Source: Candidatus Micrarchaeia archaeon (GTDB lineage Archaea > Micrarchaeota > Micrarchaeia > Anstonellales > J096). Taken from it: 64,000 nt of DNA. The DNA lies in assembly GCA_041500865.1 (NCBI GenBank), contig JBGQMY010000003.1, forward strand, positions 6,728-70,727, written 5' to 3'. Each line of letters begins with the position of its first letter. Positions within the stretch are counted from its first letter, which is position 1. A program made the position numbers and the translations under genes. Positions 46,112 to 56,061 of the stretch are shown in pieces. The notes under the pieces were generated by a model that made no database searches, was not told where the DNA came from, and was given only the letters and a program-made list of their open reading frames with translations.

Positions 46112-46870
46112 TCAGACGGACTTCAGCCCGGCATAAAAGTCCCTCATCCGAGGGTCATAAGTGCCGAATGCCGTGGTAAGCTCCTTTTCAACGTCCATGA
46201 GGAATGACCTGGCTTCCTTCCTGTTTTTCACTGTCCTGGCTATCGCAATGGCCCTGGCTGTTATCGCTTCAACAGTGAGCCCCGGCTTTTTCTTGGACGG
46301 AACGGCGATCAGCTTCTGGGACATGATGACATGCCTTGCCCTCCTGAGCGCGATGTTCTCCTTGAAGCGCCTTACTATGCCCTCGAACCTTGTCTTGGAC
46401 CTTGGCTTGGCACGCCTTGGCTTCTTCCGCCTGGATATTGCATATGCCGCGGCTGCAGCCCCTATAATCCCCGTGCCTGCAAGGATGCCCTTCCATGGCA
46501 GTTTCTTGGCAGGCTTTTTCCCATGCCCGGCATCATTTGAGATGGCAAGCGCGTCTCCAAGTTCATTGCTCTTTTCAGCCTTGGCGGCCATATGCATTGC
46601 CCTGGCACATCTGCATTTGGCATGCGCCTTGGCCTTGGCCAGCCCCCCTGGGCTCTTTTGTTCCTCCTTGTTTTTGCCCAAGACCTTTTTTGGGATGGCC
46701 TGCGCTGAGGAATAGCTGGAATCGTGCATCGGGCTCTGTTTTGCCGCATATGCGCATCCGCTTATGGATGACCCGAATGCCAGCGCAAGCGTAGCGGCCA
46801 ATGCAAGCGGAAAATTGATTTTCCTGGCCTGTGTTTTGGCATACGTTTTAGCATCAATTTTATTAGCCAT
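46112..46870 (-). CDS. hypothetical membrane protein, paralog (C-terminal domain) of 44733..46043
   Basis: 252 aa; signal peptide + TM 'ILAGTGIIGAAAAAYAI' + shared C-terminal '…TAFGTYDPRMRDFYAGL'. Confidence 0.45.
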   Translation of the reverse strand: MANKIDAKTYAKTQARKINFPLALAATLALAFGSSISGCAYAAKQSPMHDSSYSSAQAIPKKVLGKNKEEQKSPGGLAKAKAHAKCRCARAMHMAAKAEKSNELGDALAISNDAGHGKKPAKKLPWKGILAGTGIIGAAAAAYAISRRKKPRRAKPRSKTRFEGIVRRFKENIALRRARHVIMSQKLIAVPSKKKPGLTVEAITARAIAIARTVKNRKEARSFLMDVEKELTTAFGTYDPRMRDFYAGLKSV

Positions 46871-46908
46871 GTTTATCCATTAATATGTACCTAAAACACT
46901 TTTTAAAC

Positions 46909-47670
46909 CTATTCCTGAAGCCAGATGGGCTTTCCGTCCTTCATATCTATGGACGCGGCCTGGCTTGCAAAAAGATTAATCATGTCCGGGCTGTTGATTT
47001 GCCTGGCATAGCCAAGCGCATCCATGCCTGCCTTGTCTATTGCCTTGGCATCAGCGCCCTTGCTTACCAGGAAAGCGCATGTTTCGCTGAATCCCCTCAT
47101 TGCTGCCCAGATGAGCGCGGTCCTGCCCCATACAGTATCACTTGCGTTTATGCTTGCGCCATTTTCAATAAGCAGGCTGCATACGCCAATCCTGCCCAGG
47201 TATGCCGCCCACATGAGCGGGGTCCTGCCTGACTTGTCTGTTGCATTGACGCTTGCGCCTTTCTTTATCAGGAGTGCACAGGTGCTGGCTCTCCCACGGT
47301 ATGCTGATTCCATGAGCGGGGTGATGCCATTCACGTCAGTCGTTTCCATGTCCGCGCCATTTTCCAGCAGGAATGCGCATATCCTTTTGTTGCCTGCGCC
47401 CGCAGACCCCATGAGCGCGGTTTTGCCGCATTCGCTCTTTGCATTGACGTCCGCGCCAGCCTTGATGAGCCGCAGGATTTCTTCTGCATTTTTCGAGCCC
47501 TGCCATTGGAATTTTGCGTTCCATGCCGCATTGAGGAGTTTTTTGTCCAGTTCCTCCTGCAGGTCAGTGCGGAGCTTGCTTGGTTTGTCTGGCTCAGGCT
47601 TCATCTTTTTGTCAAAAGGCGGCTTTCTGTTAGTTGCACTGCGCCTTTGTTTCTCCGTTTTCTGCGCCAT
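46909..47670 (-). CDS. ankyrin-repeat protein
   Basis: 253 aa, about 5 ANK repeats; first of three tandem ANK genes with duplicated promoter regions. Confidence 0.75.
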   Translation of the reverse strand: MAQKTEKQRRSATNRKPPFDKKMKPEPDKPSKLRTDLQEELDKKLLNAAWNAKFQWQGSKNAEEILRLIKAGADVNAKSECGKTALMGSAGAGNKRICAFLLENGADMETTDVNGITPLMESAYRGRASTCALLIKKGASVNATDKSGRTPLMWAAYLGRIGVCSLLIENGASINASDTVWGRTALIWAAMRGFSETCAFLVSKGADAKAIDKAGMDALGYARQINSPDMINLFASQAASIDMKDGKPIWLQE

Positions 47671-47702
47671 GTGTCCGTTTATGTTAGAAAAAGATTAAAA
47701 GG

Positions 47703-48452
47703 TTATGCGGGGCCCGGCGACTGCCGCAAGCTGGCAATATAGGGCTTTCTTTTGGCCGGACCCATGGACGCGGCGCGCCTAAGCAGGTCAACCGTGCCTG
47801 TATGCTCGTTTTCCTGTGCCCATACGTATGCGGTCATGCCCCCATTGTCCTTTATGCTGATGTCTGCGCCTTTTTCAAGCAGCAGCATTGCCGTTTCCCT
47901 GTATCCGATTTCAGCGGCATATGTAAGCGCGGTCCTGCCGAAGTTGTCCCTTGCATCCACGTTTGCGCCTTTCCCAATCAGCAATGCGCAAATGCCGGCC
48001 TGTCCGCCAAATGCCGCATGCATCAGTGCAGTCCTTTCAAGGCTGTCTGTTGCGTCCACGATTGCGCCTTTCCCAATCAGCAGGGCGCATATGGCCATCA
48101 GCCCTGACGATGCGGCGTGCATGAGGGCAGTTCCGCCGACGTTGTCCTTTGCATCGATGGCTGCCGCGTTGTCAATCAGCATTATGCATGTCTCGGCATG
48201 CCTCCGCTGTGCGGAAAGCATCAGCGCGGTCATGCCCCTGCCGTCTACTGCATCTGCCTGCGCGCCCTGTTCCAGCAGCATTTTGGCCTTGCCTGTCTCG
48301 CCGTCCATGGCCGCCTGCAGAAGTTCCAAGCCCAGCCTTTTCTGCCGCCTGTTGGCGGGCCTCTTGCACCCATCCGCCTCTGGCTTGAAAAATGCCCTTT
48401 CCGGCTTTTTTTCGCTTTTTGGGATTCCGAATTTACCCAATGTGAGGAGCAT
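47703..48452 (-). CDS. ankyrin-repeat protein
   Basis: 249 aa, about 5 ANK repeats. Confidence 0.75.
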   Translation of the reverse strand: MLLTLGKFGIPKSEKKPERAFFKPEADGCKRPANRRQKRLGLELLQAAMDGETGKAKMLLEQGAQADAVDGRGMTALMLSAQRRHAETCIMLIDNAAAIDAKDNVGGTALMHAASSGLMAICALLIGKGAIVDATDSLERTALMHAAFGGQAGICALLIGKGANVDARDNFGRTALTYAAEIGYRETAMLLLEKGADISIKDNGGMTAYVWAQENEHTGTVDLLRRAASMGPAKRKPYIASLRQSPGPA

Positions 48453-48533
48453 GTGTCTGTTTATGCATAAAAAGGATTAAAAGGTTATGCCGGGCCTGGC
48501 GGTTGCCGCAAGCTGGCAAGATAGGACTTTCTT

Positions 48534-49607
48534 TTATCTGGTTGCCCACTTATAGATTTCAACGCCCAGGAGAAACTGAGGCGTTGCGCCGCTGCTATCT
48601 ATCGCGTTTTCGTCCGCCCCATTTTTCACAAGGAATTTGTATACTTTCCTGTTCATTCCAAAAACGGTTTCTGCGGCATAGTGCAGTGCTGTCCTGCCTT
48701 CCTTGTCGCCCATATCAATAAACTTTTTCACATTCCCGCCGGCTTCAGCATATTTTTGTATGAGGAGGTTGCAGATTAAAGTCCTGCCTGGCAACGCAGG
48801 AATGGCTGCGGCATGGTGCAGGGATGTCCGGCCGTCATTGCTTTTTGCGGCAATCAGCTTCTTTATGTCCCCTCCGGATTTTGCGTATTCTTTTATAAGA
48901 AACGCGCAGGTTTTTATGCTTCCGTAAGCTGCGGCATACATGAGCGGGGTGTTGCCGCAGTTGTCCGCTGCGTTCAGGTCGGCGCCATTTTCAACCAGAA
49001 TCTCGCAGGTTTCTGTGTACCCGTAGCATGTTGATGCTGCAGTTATGAGCGCGGTTTCACCGTATTCGTTTCTCGCATTCACGTCAGCGCCGTTATCAAT
49101 CAGCAGATTGCATGTCTCGGGATTACGGGCTGCAGCATATATGAGCGGAGTGTTGCCGAACTTGTCCCTTGCGTCCACATCCGCCCCGGCTTTCAGAAAA
49201 GTCTCAATCCCTGCAGAGTCACAAAAAAATGTGTTGGTTATAGCCTCATCAAGAAGCATGCTGTCCAACCGCGCCTGTTCCATCTTGGAAATCGCCGGTT
49301 TCGCATCTGCTGCGGCCTTCCTTTGGCTTTTGTTTTTCTTGGAATAGCAATTCAGGACTTTTATGCAGTTTGCCAATTTTCTCTGCGCCATTTCCAAGCT
49401 AATGTCATTCCAGCAGCCTCCGCACGCCAGCGCGGCTGCGAGAATTCCGGGCATTACCCACGCCGGAATGCGGATTCCGATTTTTTTATTGGCGGCTGTT
49501 GGGTTATCGGCTGCGTCCTTTGCCTTTCTCGTTATCATGCATATTTGATTTTCGCTGTTTTTTGCGCCATCCGCTGCCTTTGCCAAAAACGGCTTTTCTG
49601 CTGCCAT
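48534..49607 (-). CDS. ankyrin-repeat protein
   Basis: 357 aa, about 7 ANK repeats (…GNTPLMYAAAYGSIKTCAFLI…). Confidence 0.75.
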   Translation of the reverse strand: MAAEKPFLAKAADGAKNSENQICMITRKAKDAADNPTAANKKIGIRIPAWVMPGILAAALACGGCWNDISLEMAQRKLANCIKVLNCYSKKNKSQRKAAADAKPAISKMEQARLDSMLLDEAITNTFFCDSAGIETFLKAGADVDARDKFGNTPLIYAAARNPETCNLLIDNGADVNARNEYGETALITAASTCYGYTETCEILVENGADLNAADNCGNTPLMYAAAYGSIKTCAFLIKEYAKSGGDIKKLIAAKSNDGRTSLHHAAAIPALPGRTLICNLLIQKYAEAGGNVKKFIDMGDKEGRTALHYAAETVFGMNRKVYKFLVKNGADENAIDSSGATPQFLLGVEIYKWATR

Positions 49608-49801
49608 GCCTATAATATCAATATATCATTTTTAAAACACGCATATTCGCTAATTTACACCACAACGAAATCGCGGCTATTGCCGCCCTTTCTGCTCATT
49701 ATCTGATATTTAAGAGCGTTTGCATGCATCTTATGGAAAAGAATATCCATTGCCAAAATCCGGTGGGGGGTTGCCAGTTTGCGGTCGGGATGGGCCAAGG
49801 G

Positions 49802-50746
49802 CTATGCCGGGCCTGCGGCTTTCGCGCCCTCCAGCTCGCGCCTGGACTTCCAGAAGAAGAACCCTATGCAAGCGAATGTGACAATCGGGGATATATACTC
49901 GGGTATAGCCATGCCGAACGCCCCCAGCAGCATGACCAGGCCAAGGAAGAATATGGAGTACATGGCCCCGTTCTTGAGGAACACGTATTTTTTGACGTTC
50001 TCTATGTTCCTTATCGTTATGGTCCTTACGATTATGGCGCCCAGGCCGTTCCCTATCAGTATCAGGGGTATGAAAAATGTGAATGCGAACGCGCCGATAA
50101 CCCCGTCTATGGAGAACGTCGCGTCAATGACCTCCAGATAGAGCAGCTTGCTTATGTCGCCCATGCTGGAATCGGCGCTGCCGTCCATCATCTCCTTTTC
50201 CCTGGCCTCGGCGCTCTGCCTGAAGCCGTGCGTTATGAAGAACGCAGTGGAGCCTGCAACTGCCGCAAAGGCCATGAGCGGCTCCCTGTTTATCGCGAAC
50301 CATGTTATGGCCAGCAGGATAACGGAAATGGCCGCATAGAACCAAATGCCCTTGCCGTAGAAGAACCGCTCGCCTGCAAGCCCGAATTTTTTCGGTTCAA
50401 GGAACAGCCAGTGGAAAAACAGGAAAATCAGGAACACGCCGCCTGCGGAAAGCAGCAGGGGCGCGCTTTTTTCCATTGCGTCCCTTACGCTTCCGCTGTC
50501 GCTGAACATCGCCATGGCAAGGTCATAGAGGCTGAGGCCGGGATTCGCCGCCCAAAGTATGGCGACCGGAAGCGCGAACCTTACGACCACAACCGCGATT
50601 ATTATCCCGTAAAAGAGGAACCAGCGCCTCGCCCTTTCGCTTGTCTTGGAAAGGACCTCCGCGTTTATCACTGCGTTGTCGATGCTGCTTATGGACTCGA
50701 AGAGCGCAAGCCCGAGTATGGTAAGGAATATCAGCAGCAAGTCCAC
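49802..50746 (-). CDS. TerC/DUF475-family integral membrane protein
   Basis: 314 aa; paired 'SIDNAV' / 'SIDGVIGAF' motifs within hydrophobic helices; preferred over antisense ORF 49724..50932. Confidence 0.65.
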   Translation of the reverse strand: MDLLLIFLTILGLALFESISSIDNAVINAEVLSKTSERARRWFLFYGIIIAVVVVRFALPVAILWAANPGLSLYDLAMAMFSDSGSVRDAMEKSAPLLLSAGGVFLIFLFFHWLFLEPKKFGLAGERFFYGKGIWFYAAISVILLAITWFAINREPLMAFAAVAGSTAFFITHGFRQSAEAREKEMMDGSADSSMGDISKLLYLEVIDATFSIDGVIGAFAFTFFIPLILIGNGLGAIIVRTITIRNIENVKKYVFLKNGAMYSIFFLGLVMLLGAFGMAIPEYISPIVTFACIGFFFWKSRRELEGAKAAGPA

Positions 50747-50787
50747 GGAGGGCTATGCCATGCAAGGTTTAAAAACATGAAAGAAGA

Positions 50788-51429
50788 ATGGCATCCATGG
50801 ACTTCGTTGTTAAGAAAACCATGGCCCCGGAATTCGGAAAGGAGACGCTGGAGGACGCGGACAGCATATCCAGGGGATTGGACTACGACGACGACATCGG
50901 GATGGTCAGATACGTTGACGGAAGGAAGATAGGCGTGTATTTCGTGCCGTTCTCGCTCTACCTTGCGCTCAAGCGGCACGGCATGCCGGCAAGGCAGTTC
51001 GGCGTCATCGGGCTGGTGCAAAAGGGCGAAAGGTACGTGATGACGGTACAGGCAAGGAGGACGGTGGAGCCAAGGGGTATCGGCAGGGTCCTGGACGTTC
51101 CGGAAAGGAAAGGCCTCAGCTTCCAGGGCTTCGCATCCGAGTGGGAGGAAAATCCAATTGAGGCCGCATATGCGGAGCTGGAGGAGGAGCTCGGGCTGGA
51201 GGGCGACGACGTCACTGAAGCCAGAAGTGAATTGATAATGAAGGACGACGAGGTGCTCCTTGCCGTGCTTTTCAGGACCGAGCTGGAGGAGGGCGTGATG
51301 CGCAGGCTCAGGTCCCTTGCCGTTGACAGCTGGGAGGCAAAGGAGGTTATGCTGATGACAAAGGCGGATGCAAGGGAGTTTATCAAGGACAGCCCCCTGC
51401 TCGCGGTGTTTGACAGGCTGGTATCATGA
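50788..51429 (+). CDS. hypothetical protein with degenerate Nudix-box-like segment
   Basis: 213 aa; 'SEWEENPIEAAYAELEEELGL' resembles but does not match the Nudix box; ATGA coupling to nadK. Confidence 0.4.
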   Translation: MASMDFVVKKTMAPEFGKETLEDADSISRGLDYDDDIGMVRYVDGRKIGVYFVPFSLYLALKRHGMPARQFGVIGLVQKGERYVMTVQARRTVEPRGIGRVLDVPERKGLSFQGFASEWEENPIEAAYAELEEELGLEGDDVTEARSELIMKDDEVLLAVLFRTELEEGVMRRLRSLAVDSWEAKEVMLMTKADAREFIKDSPLLAVFDRLVS

Positions 51430-52112
51430 AAATAAAGATATTCCACAATCCGAAAAAGGGATGGGCAGGAAAGGCTGCCAGGGAGGTCGGGGCATACCTG
51501 GCAAAAAACGGACATGCAGCCTGCAAAAAGGGCGCTGGCGCGACAGTGATGATAGGCGGGGACGGGACCGTAATACACCACAAGAACGACATAGAGGGGA
51601 TATTGATAGGGATAGGCTCCAAAAGGTCGGGCATCTGCCAGCTCGGCAGGGACGGCTGGAAAGGCAGGATTGGGCGCATGCTGCACGCGAAGCCGGAAAA
51701 GCTGTTCATGCTGGAAGCGGACATAAGCGGAAGGAGATACGGCGTAATGAACGACATATCGATACGGTCCCCCGATTTCAGGGCCATCCACACAAGGGTT
51801 TCGTGCCCCTATGTTGACCAGGGCTTCTTCGGGGACGGCATAAACGTGTGCGGAAGGCTGGGTTCTACCGGCTACAACAGGTCGCTGTTTGGGCCGATAG
51901 TGCTCAGCAATGACGCCATTGCGATAGCGCCGATTGCGCCCATACTGCAGCAGCCCAACGCCCTTGTCATGCCTTTTTGCAGTATAAGCATAAGCTGCCT
52001 GGAGAGCGCGTGCTGTGTCATAGACGGCCAACACGTCGTTAAGATGGGCAAGTCGATTGAGGTGCGGAAAGGCAGAATGATATTGTACGGGAAGGACGGC
52101 CTAAGCCTGTAG
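51426..52112 (+). CDS. nadK: NAD+ kinase
   Basis: 'VMIGGDGTVIHH' (GGDG motif), 'NDISIRS', 'GSTGYNRSLFGPIV'. Confidence 0.75.
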   Translation: MKIKIFHNPKKGWAGKAAREVGAYLAKNGHAACKKGAGATVMIGGDGTVIHHKNDIEGILIGIGSKRSGICQLGRDGWKGRIGRMLHAKPEKLFMLEADISGRRYGVMNDISIRSPDFRAIHTRVSCPYVDQGFFGDGINVCGRLGSTGYNRSLFGPIVLSNDAIAIAPIAPILQQPNALVMPFCSISISCLESACCVIDGQHVVKMGKSIEVRKGRMILYGKDGLSL

Positions 52113-52146
52113 CCTGCCCCATAATTGTAAAGGATTGGCTATGTGC

Positions 52147-52899
52147 CTATGGCGCCGGCTCGCTGCCGGCCGCCCCCAGGATAAGCGCTGTGCCGATGAT
52201 GTCTTCAAAAAGCAGGTTCAGCCTGTACCTCAAGCCGATTACGTCGTCCATTGACGGCGAAGAATCTTTGTCGAGCATCAGCGAAAGCTTCGGCTCGCCT
52301 TCCGTTTCAACCGAAATCTCCACGCCATCGCCGGCCTGCTTCATGGTTATCCTCTTTTTCCAGTTCTTGGGCCTGTCGGTTATGGTCATCGAGGAGTCGC
52401 ATGCGTCGATAAAATAATATATTCCGTTTTCAGGCTGGATGTTCAGCGCCTCGTTCATCACCGCCTCGGCTATCAGCATGAATGCCCTGTTGGCGCTGTT
52501 TCTTTGCACGAATGAGCTCGTACGTCTCATGACTTTTACGACATCTGCCTCGTACGCCTTTTCCTTGCCTGGCTCGTTGAAGGAGGCGACTCTTTCAAGG
52601 GTCGGAAACAGGGATACCGCAGCCTCAGCGGTTTTTGCCTCTTGCTTTGGCTGGCCCGATGCCTGCTGCCCCGCAGCTACCGGAGAAACGGCCAGGAGCG
52701 AGCACAGGACGAGCCTGCCTGCAAGCCTTGCCAGCCTGCCCTGCCTTTTTTTGCATTCATTCTTGAAAATGGAGATATTGTCCTTTTTCCGCGCCTTTTT
52801 CCAAAGGGCCGCCTTCTCCAGCCTTGCCACGCTATCATCTCCCCTTTGCCACTTGTTCGCCTTCGGTCTTTGGTGCCTTCTTCCTTGCCTTTGTCTCAA
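52147..52899 (-). CDS. hypothetical secreted protein
   Basis: 250-aa ORF; internal signal-peptide-like 'LVLCSLLAVSPVAAG' suggests true start is downstream of track start. Confidence 0.35.
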   Translation of the reverse strand: MRQRQGRRHQRPKANKWQRGDDSVARLEKAALWKKARKKDNISIFKNECKKRQGRLARLAGRLVLCSLLAVSPVAAGQQASGQPKQEAKTAEAAVSLFPTLERVASFNEPGKEKAYEADVVKVMRRTSSFVQRNSANRAFMLIAEAVMNEALNIQPENGIYYFIDACDSSMTITDRPKNWKKRITMKQAGDGVEISVETEGEPKLSLMLDKDSSPSMDDVIGLRYRLNLLFEDIIGTALILGAAGSEPAP

Positions 52900-53317
52900 C
52901 CAGCCTTTCCGCGCTTATGGCATGCGCCTTTTCCGTCACTTCCCTCAATTGCGCCGGAGTCAGCTCATTGCGGACAAGCACGACGTTCTGAGCGCCTTGG
53001 CTGTTTATGACTGCGAATATGCCTGTATGGGATACCTCTTTTGCCGCCATCCGTTCCTTTTCCTTATTCAGTTTTTCCACCATCTTCATCTTGCTGAAAT
53101 TGTCGTGGTTCAGGCTTTCGCCCTTTCCAATGCCAAGGCTTTTCTTGAAATCGTCAACCGTCTTTATCTTGAAGTAAGACACGTAGTCGCGGTATTCGCT
53201 GGTTTGGATTGAGGGGAACTTTGGGCTATTTTCCTTATACAGGGACTTTGCAACATTGTCATATACTTTTTCCGGCTTTACAGCAACCTTCGTCGTGTCA
53301 GACACCATGGATTTCAC
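52900..53317 (-). CDS. hypothetical protein (Lys/Glu-rich)
   Basis: Track ORF 52835..53317 (160 aa); 3' end overlaps next ORF, so end is uncertain. Confidence 0.35.
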
Positions 53318-53390
53318 CTATAGCCATTTTGGCAGGAAAGAATTTTAAAACGCGGATGCGGATTGCTGGACAGGTGGATATGGACGCAAT

Positions 53391-53463
53391 TGGGCCCGCC
53401 CGGATTCGAACCGGGGGTTTTCTGCGTGTAAGGCAGACGTCTTGACCGCTCGACTACGGGCCC
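53391..53463 (-). tRNA. tRNA-Val (anticodon TAC)
   Basis: GGGCCCG-TA-GTC…GAC-G-TCTGC-CTTACAC-GCAGA-AAACC-CCCGGTTCGAATCCGGG-CGGGCCC-A. Confidence 0.8.
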
Positions 53464-53584
53464 TGTCTTATTCCATCTATGAGCCTGTTAGAGCCTTGGG
53501 TGCTTTTTCCAAGCCCAAGAGGACTACGGGCCCCCTCTTTTCATATGGCTAGTATTAGCCGCAATTAGAATTTAAAAGGGTTCC

Positions 53585-54088
53585 ATGCAACCAAGAACCA
53601 TGCCGATAACAACAAAGGCAGGGGACGACGGAAAGACCGGCACGCTCTCCGGCAAAAGGGTCAGCAAGTGCAGCAGCGAGATTGAGCTTTTCGGCGCCAT
53701 TGACGGGCTCATTGCGATGCTGGGCTATGCGGCCGGCGAGCTCGGAAACGATGAGCTGCTCGCCATCCAAACCGAGATGGAGAGGATTTTCCGCAATGTG
53801 GCAAGGCTTGACGACATAGGCTCATCGTACGTAAAAAGCATTGAGGGAAAAATCGCGCAGAAGGAGAAGGCAGCAAAAAGCATAAGGGGCTTTGTGAGGC
53901 CCATGGGCAAGAGCGCGCTTGCGCACCTTTGCAGGGAATGCGCAAGAAACGCGGAAAGGAAGGCTGTCTGCGCATACGAGAAAAAGGGGATGGCGAACAT
54001 AACCGTTTATTTGAACAGGCTCTCAGACTACATATTCCTGATAGCGTGCGAAGAGGCAATAAAGAGGAACGAGCTCAGCTTTTTTTAG
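53585..54088 (+). CDS. ATP:cob(I)alamin adenosyltransferase, PduO type
   Basis: 'ITTKAGDDGKTGTLSGKRVSK…EIELFGAIDGLIAMLGYA' N-terminal signature. Confidence 0.75.
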   Translation: MQPRTMPITTKAGDDGKTGTLSGKRVSKCSSEIELFGAIDGLIAMLGYAAGELGNDELLAIQTEMERIFRNVARLDDIGSSYVKSIEGKIAQKEKAAKSIRGFVRPMGKSALAHLCRECARNAERKAVCAYEKKGMANITVYLNRLSDYIFLIACEEAIKRNELSFF

Positions 54089-54350
54089 CGCTTGCCTTCT
54101 TCGGCTCAGGCGCTGCCTTCTTGGTTTCCCTGTCGACCATGTTCCTGAGGTGCTGTACCGCCCACAGTATGCCGCCGAACAGGAAAAGGTAAACCACGTT
54201 TATGTTGAGGCCGAGGAACGTGGCCCCCTGCGGGAACATTATGCCGGATGCCAAGGCGAAAAATGCGGAAACTACCGCTCCCAAGAGGCAGAGCGCGCTT
54301 ATCACGAGGAAAAAGAGCCTCGCGTCCGTTTTCTCAAACATGCTTATCAC
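54075..54350 (-). CDS. small hypothetical membrane protein
   Basis: 91 aa, two hydrophobic helices, Lys-rich tail. Confidence 0.3.
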   Translation of the reverse strand: MISMFEKTDARLFFLVISALCLLGAVVSAFFALASGIMFPQGATFLGLNINVVYLFLFGGILWAVQHLRNMVDRETKKAAPEPKKASAKKS

Positions 54351-54433
54351 TTTTTTAGTCAGAAGCTACTCCGTTCATCATTAATCAGACTGGAACGGTC
54401 TCATCATCCTGCATAATATGGGGTGCAAAGAGT

Positions 54434-54859
54434 TTATAAAGGTTGGCTGGCTTCGCCCTGCAGAATCCTCTTGTGGTCCGGCACCATGTTCATTACGTTT
54501 CCGTTGTCAAAGAACGCGCAGCCCAAAACCACGCCGTTGTGCGAAACGGCCACATAGCCGCGGGAGCACCATCCGTTTTTTGCGCTTATGTCCTTTCCGG
54601 AGCAGAAGGCCATTGCCTGCTCCCTGCCGACAAAAAGGACGTTGCGCGTGCACATCCACCCGAATGCCTGCAGGAAATCCGATGACGGTTTAAAGGCGCC
54701 GTTCTTTTTTCCGATTACTATGCCGCGCGTCTCCTCGTTCCTTGCATTAAATCCGTCAAGCGAGGACGCATAAACGACTGACTTGCCTGCGCCTGCCTCC
54801 TTTGTCGAAAGCCCTGGCACAAGGGTTATCCCGAAGCGGCTGAAAAGGTAGTCCTGCAT
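54434..54859 (-). CDS. PUA-domain RNA-binding protein (Nip7-like)
   Basis: 'GYVAVSHNGVVLGCAFFDNGNVMNMV' PUA-like C-terminus; start trimmed to Met16 to clear aIF2g stop. Confidence 0.5.
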   Translation of the reverse strand: MQDYLFSRFGITLVPGLSTKEAGAGKSVVYASSLDGFNARNEETRGIVIGKKNGAFKPSSDFLQAFGWMCTRNVLFVGREQAMAFCSGKDISAKNGWCSRGYVAVSHNGVVLGCAFFDNGNVMNMVPDHKRILQGEASQPL

Positions 54860-54864
54860 TTGGC

Positions 54865-56055
54865 TCACTTTGAAACGGCCGAGCCTATGCCGCAGAAGCG
54901 CCACCGCTGGCCTATCCTCCTGCTTATGGCGATTTTGTCGCTTCCGAAGACGATTATGGGCCGCTTTAGCGAGATGGCAGCTATGCCCTTGTTGAGCTTC
55001 GCGATTACGCCTACCGAGGTCGCGGAATGCACGTTTATCAGCAGCGGCTCCCCCATCCTGAGCGGGGCGTTGTCTATGTCCTTCCTGTCTATCAGCTCGT
55101 ATTTCATGCTTATTGAGGAAACCGGGTCGGGTATCGCGCCCTTTATGCTTATCGTGTTCCCTATCAGCGTGTCGGATTTGGTCAGCGAAGGGTCGAGGAA
55201 CGTGCCCATGCCCACAAGGCCGCCTGGCCTTGCCTCCTCTATGCTCTCCTCCCCTGCCCTAAGGCCGGATATGGAGGTCTTAAGCGGCGTGAAGCTGTCC
55301 TCAGAGCCGTATCCCGGCTTTATCTCTATCTCGTCGCCAACCTTGAACGTTCCTTTCACGATGGCGCAGCCGAGCACGCCCCCTTTCAGGTTTTTTATCT
55401 CCTCGCCAGGCCTGTTAACGTCAAAGCTCCTTACGACGTATGCGACAGGGACATCCGATTTCTCCCTTTCAGACGCAACCATGGTCTTGTCAATCTGCTC
55501 GACGAGGTATTCCAGGTTAAGCGCATGCGGGGCCGAAATGGGCACTATTGGGGCGTTCTCGGCAAACGTGCCTTTCACGAATGCCTTTATCTCATTGTAA
55601 TTTTCAATCGCCTTTTCCTTTGTCACCAGGTCTATCTTGGTCTGCACTATGATTATTTTCCTTACGCCCATCTTTTCCAGTATCATGAAATGCTCCTTTG
55701 TCTGCTCCTGCGGGCATTTTTCGCTTGCCGAAATCAGGAACAGCGCGCCGTCTATCACGCTTGATGCGGATATGGCGGTCGCCATGAGCGACTCGTGGCC
55801 CGGCGCGTCCACAAAGGAAAGTTTTCTTACGAAGCTGCACTTGCCGCCGCACTCAGGGTGCTTGTCAGAAACCCAGTATTTACCGCAGCTTTCGCACTTG
55901 TAGATGTTCAAGTCGGCGTAACCGAGCTTTATCGTGATTCCCCTTTTCAGCTCCTCGCTGTGCGTGTCGGTCCATTTTCCTGTCAATGCCTTGACAAGCG
56001 TGGTCTTGCCGTGGTCCACGTGCCCGAAGAGACCTATGTTAAGCTCAGGTTGCAA
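54865..56055 (-). CDS. eif2g: translation initiation factor 2 gamma subunit (aIF2-gamma)
   Basis: G-domain 'GHVDHGKTTL', 'DAPGH', 'QTKIDL'; Zn-ribbon insert CxxC…C…C. Confidence 0.9.
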   Translation of the reverse strand: MQPELNIGLFGHVDHGKTTLVKALTGKWTDTHSEELKRGITIKLGYADLNIYKCESCGKYWVSDKHPECGGKCSFVRKLSFVDAPGHESLMATAISASSVIDGALFLISASEKCPQEQTKEHFMILEKMGVRKIIIVQTKIDLVTKEKAIENYNEIKAFVKGTFAENAPIVPISAPHALNLEYLVEQIDKTMVASEREKSDVPVAYVVRSFDVNRPGEEIKNLKGGVLGCAIVKGTFKVGDEIEIKPGYGSEDSFTPLKTSISGLRAGEESIEEARPGGLVGMGTFLDPSLTKSDTLIGNTISIKGAIPDPVSSISMKYELIDRKDIDNAPLRMGEPLLINVHSATSVGVIAKLNKGIAAISLKRPIIVFGSDKIAISRRIGQRWRFCGIGSAVSK

Positions 56056-56061
56056 GGCAAG

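Noticed and set aside
47024-48480. + strand ORFs 47024..47698 and 47752..48480
   Set aside because: Antisense to ankyrin genes 46909..47670 and 47703..48452; same repetitive low-complexity artefact.
49724-52034. ORFs 49724..50932 (+) and 50958..52034 (-)
   Set aside because: Antisense to the TerC-family gene (paired SIDNA/SIDGV motifs) and to the 50788..51429 / nadK genes respectively. Amino-acid composition (His/Tyr/Pro/Arg-rich) is typical of GC-rich antisense frames.
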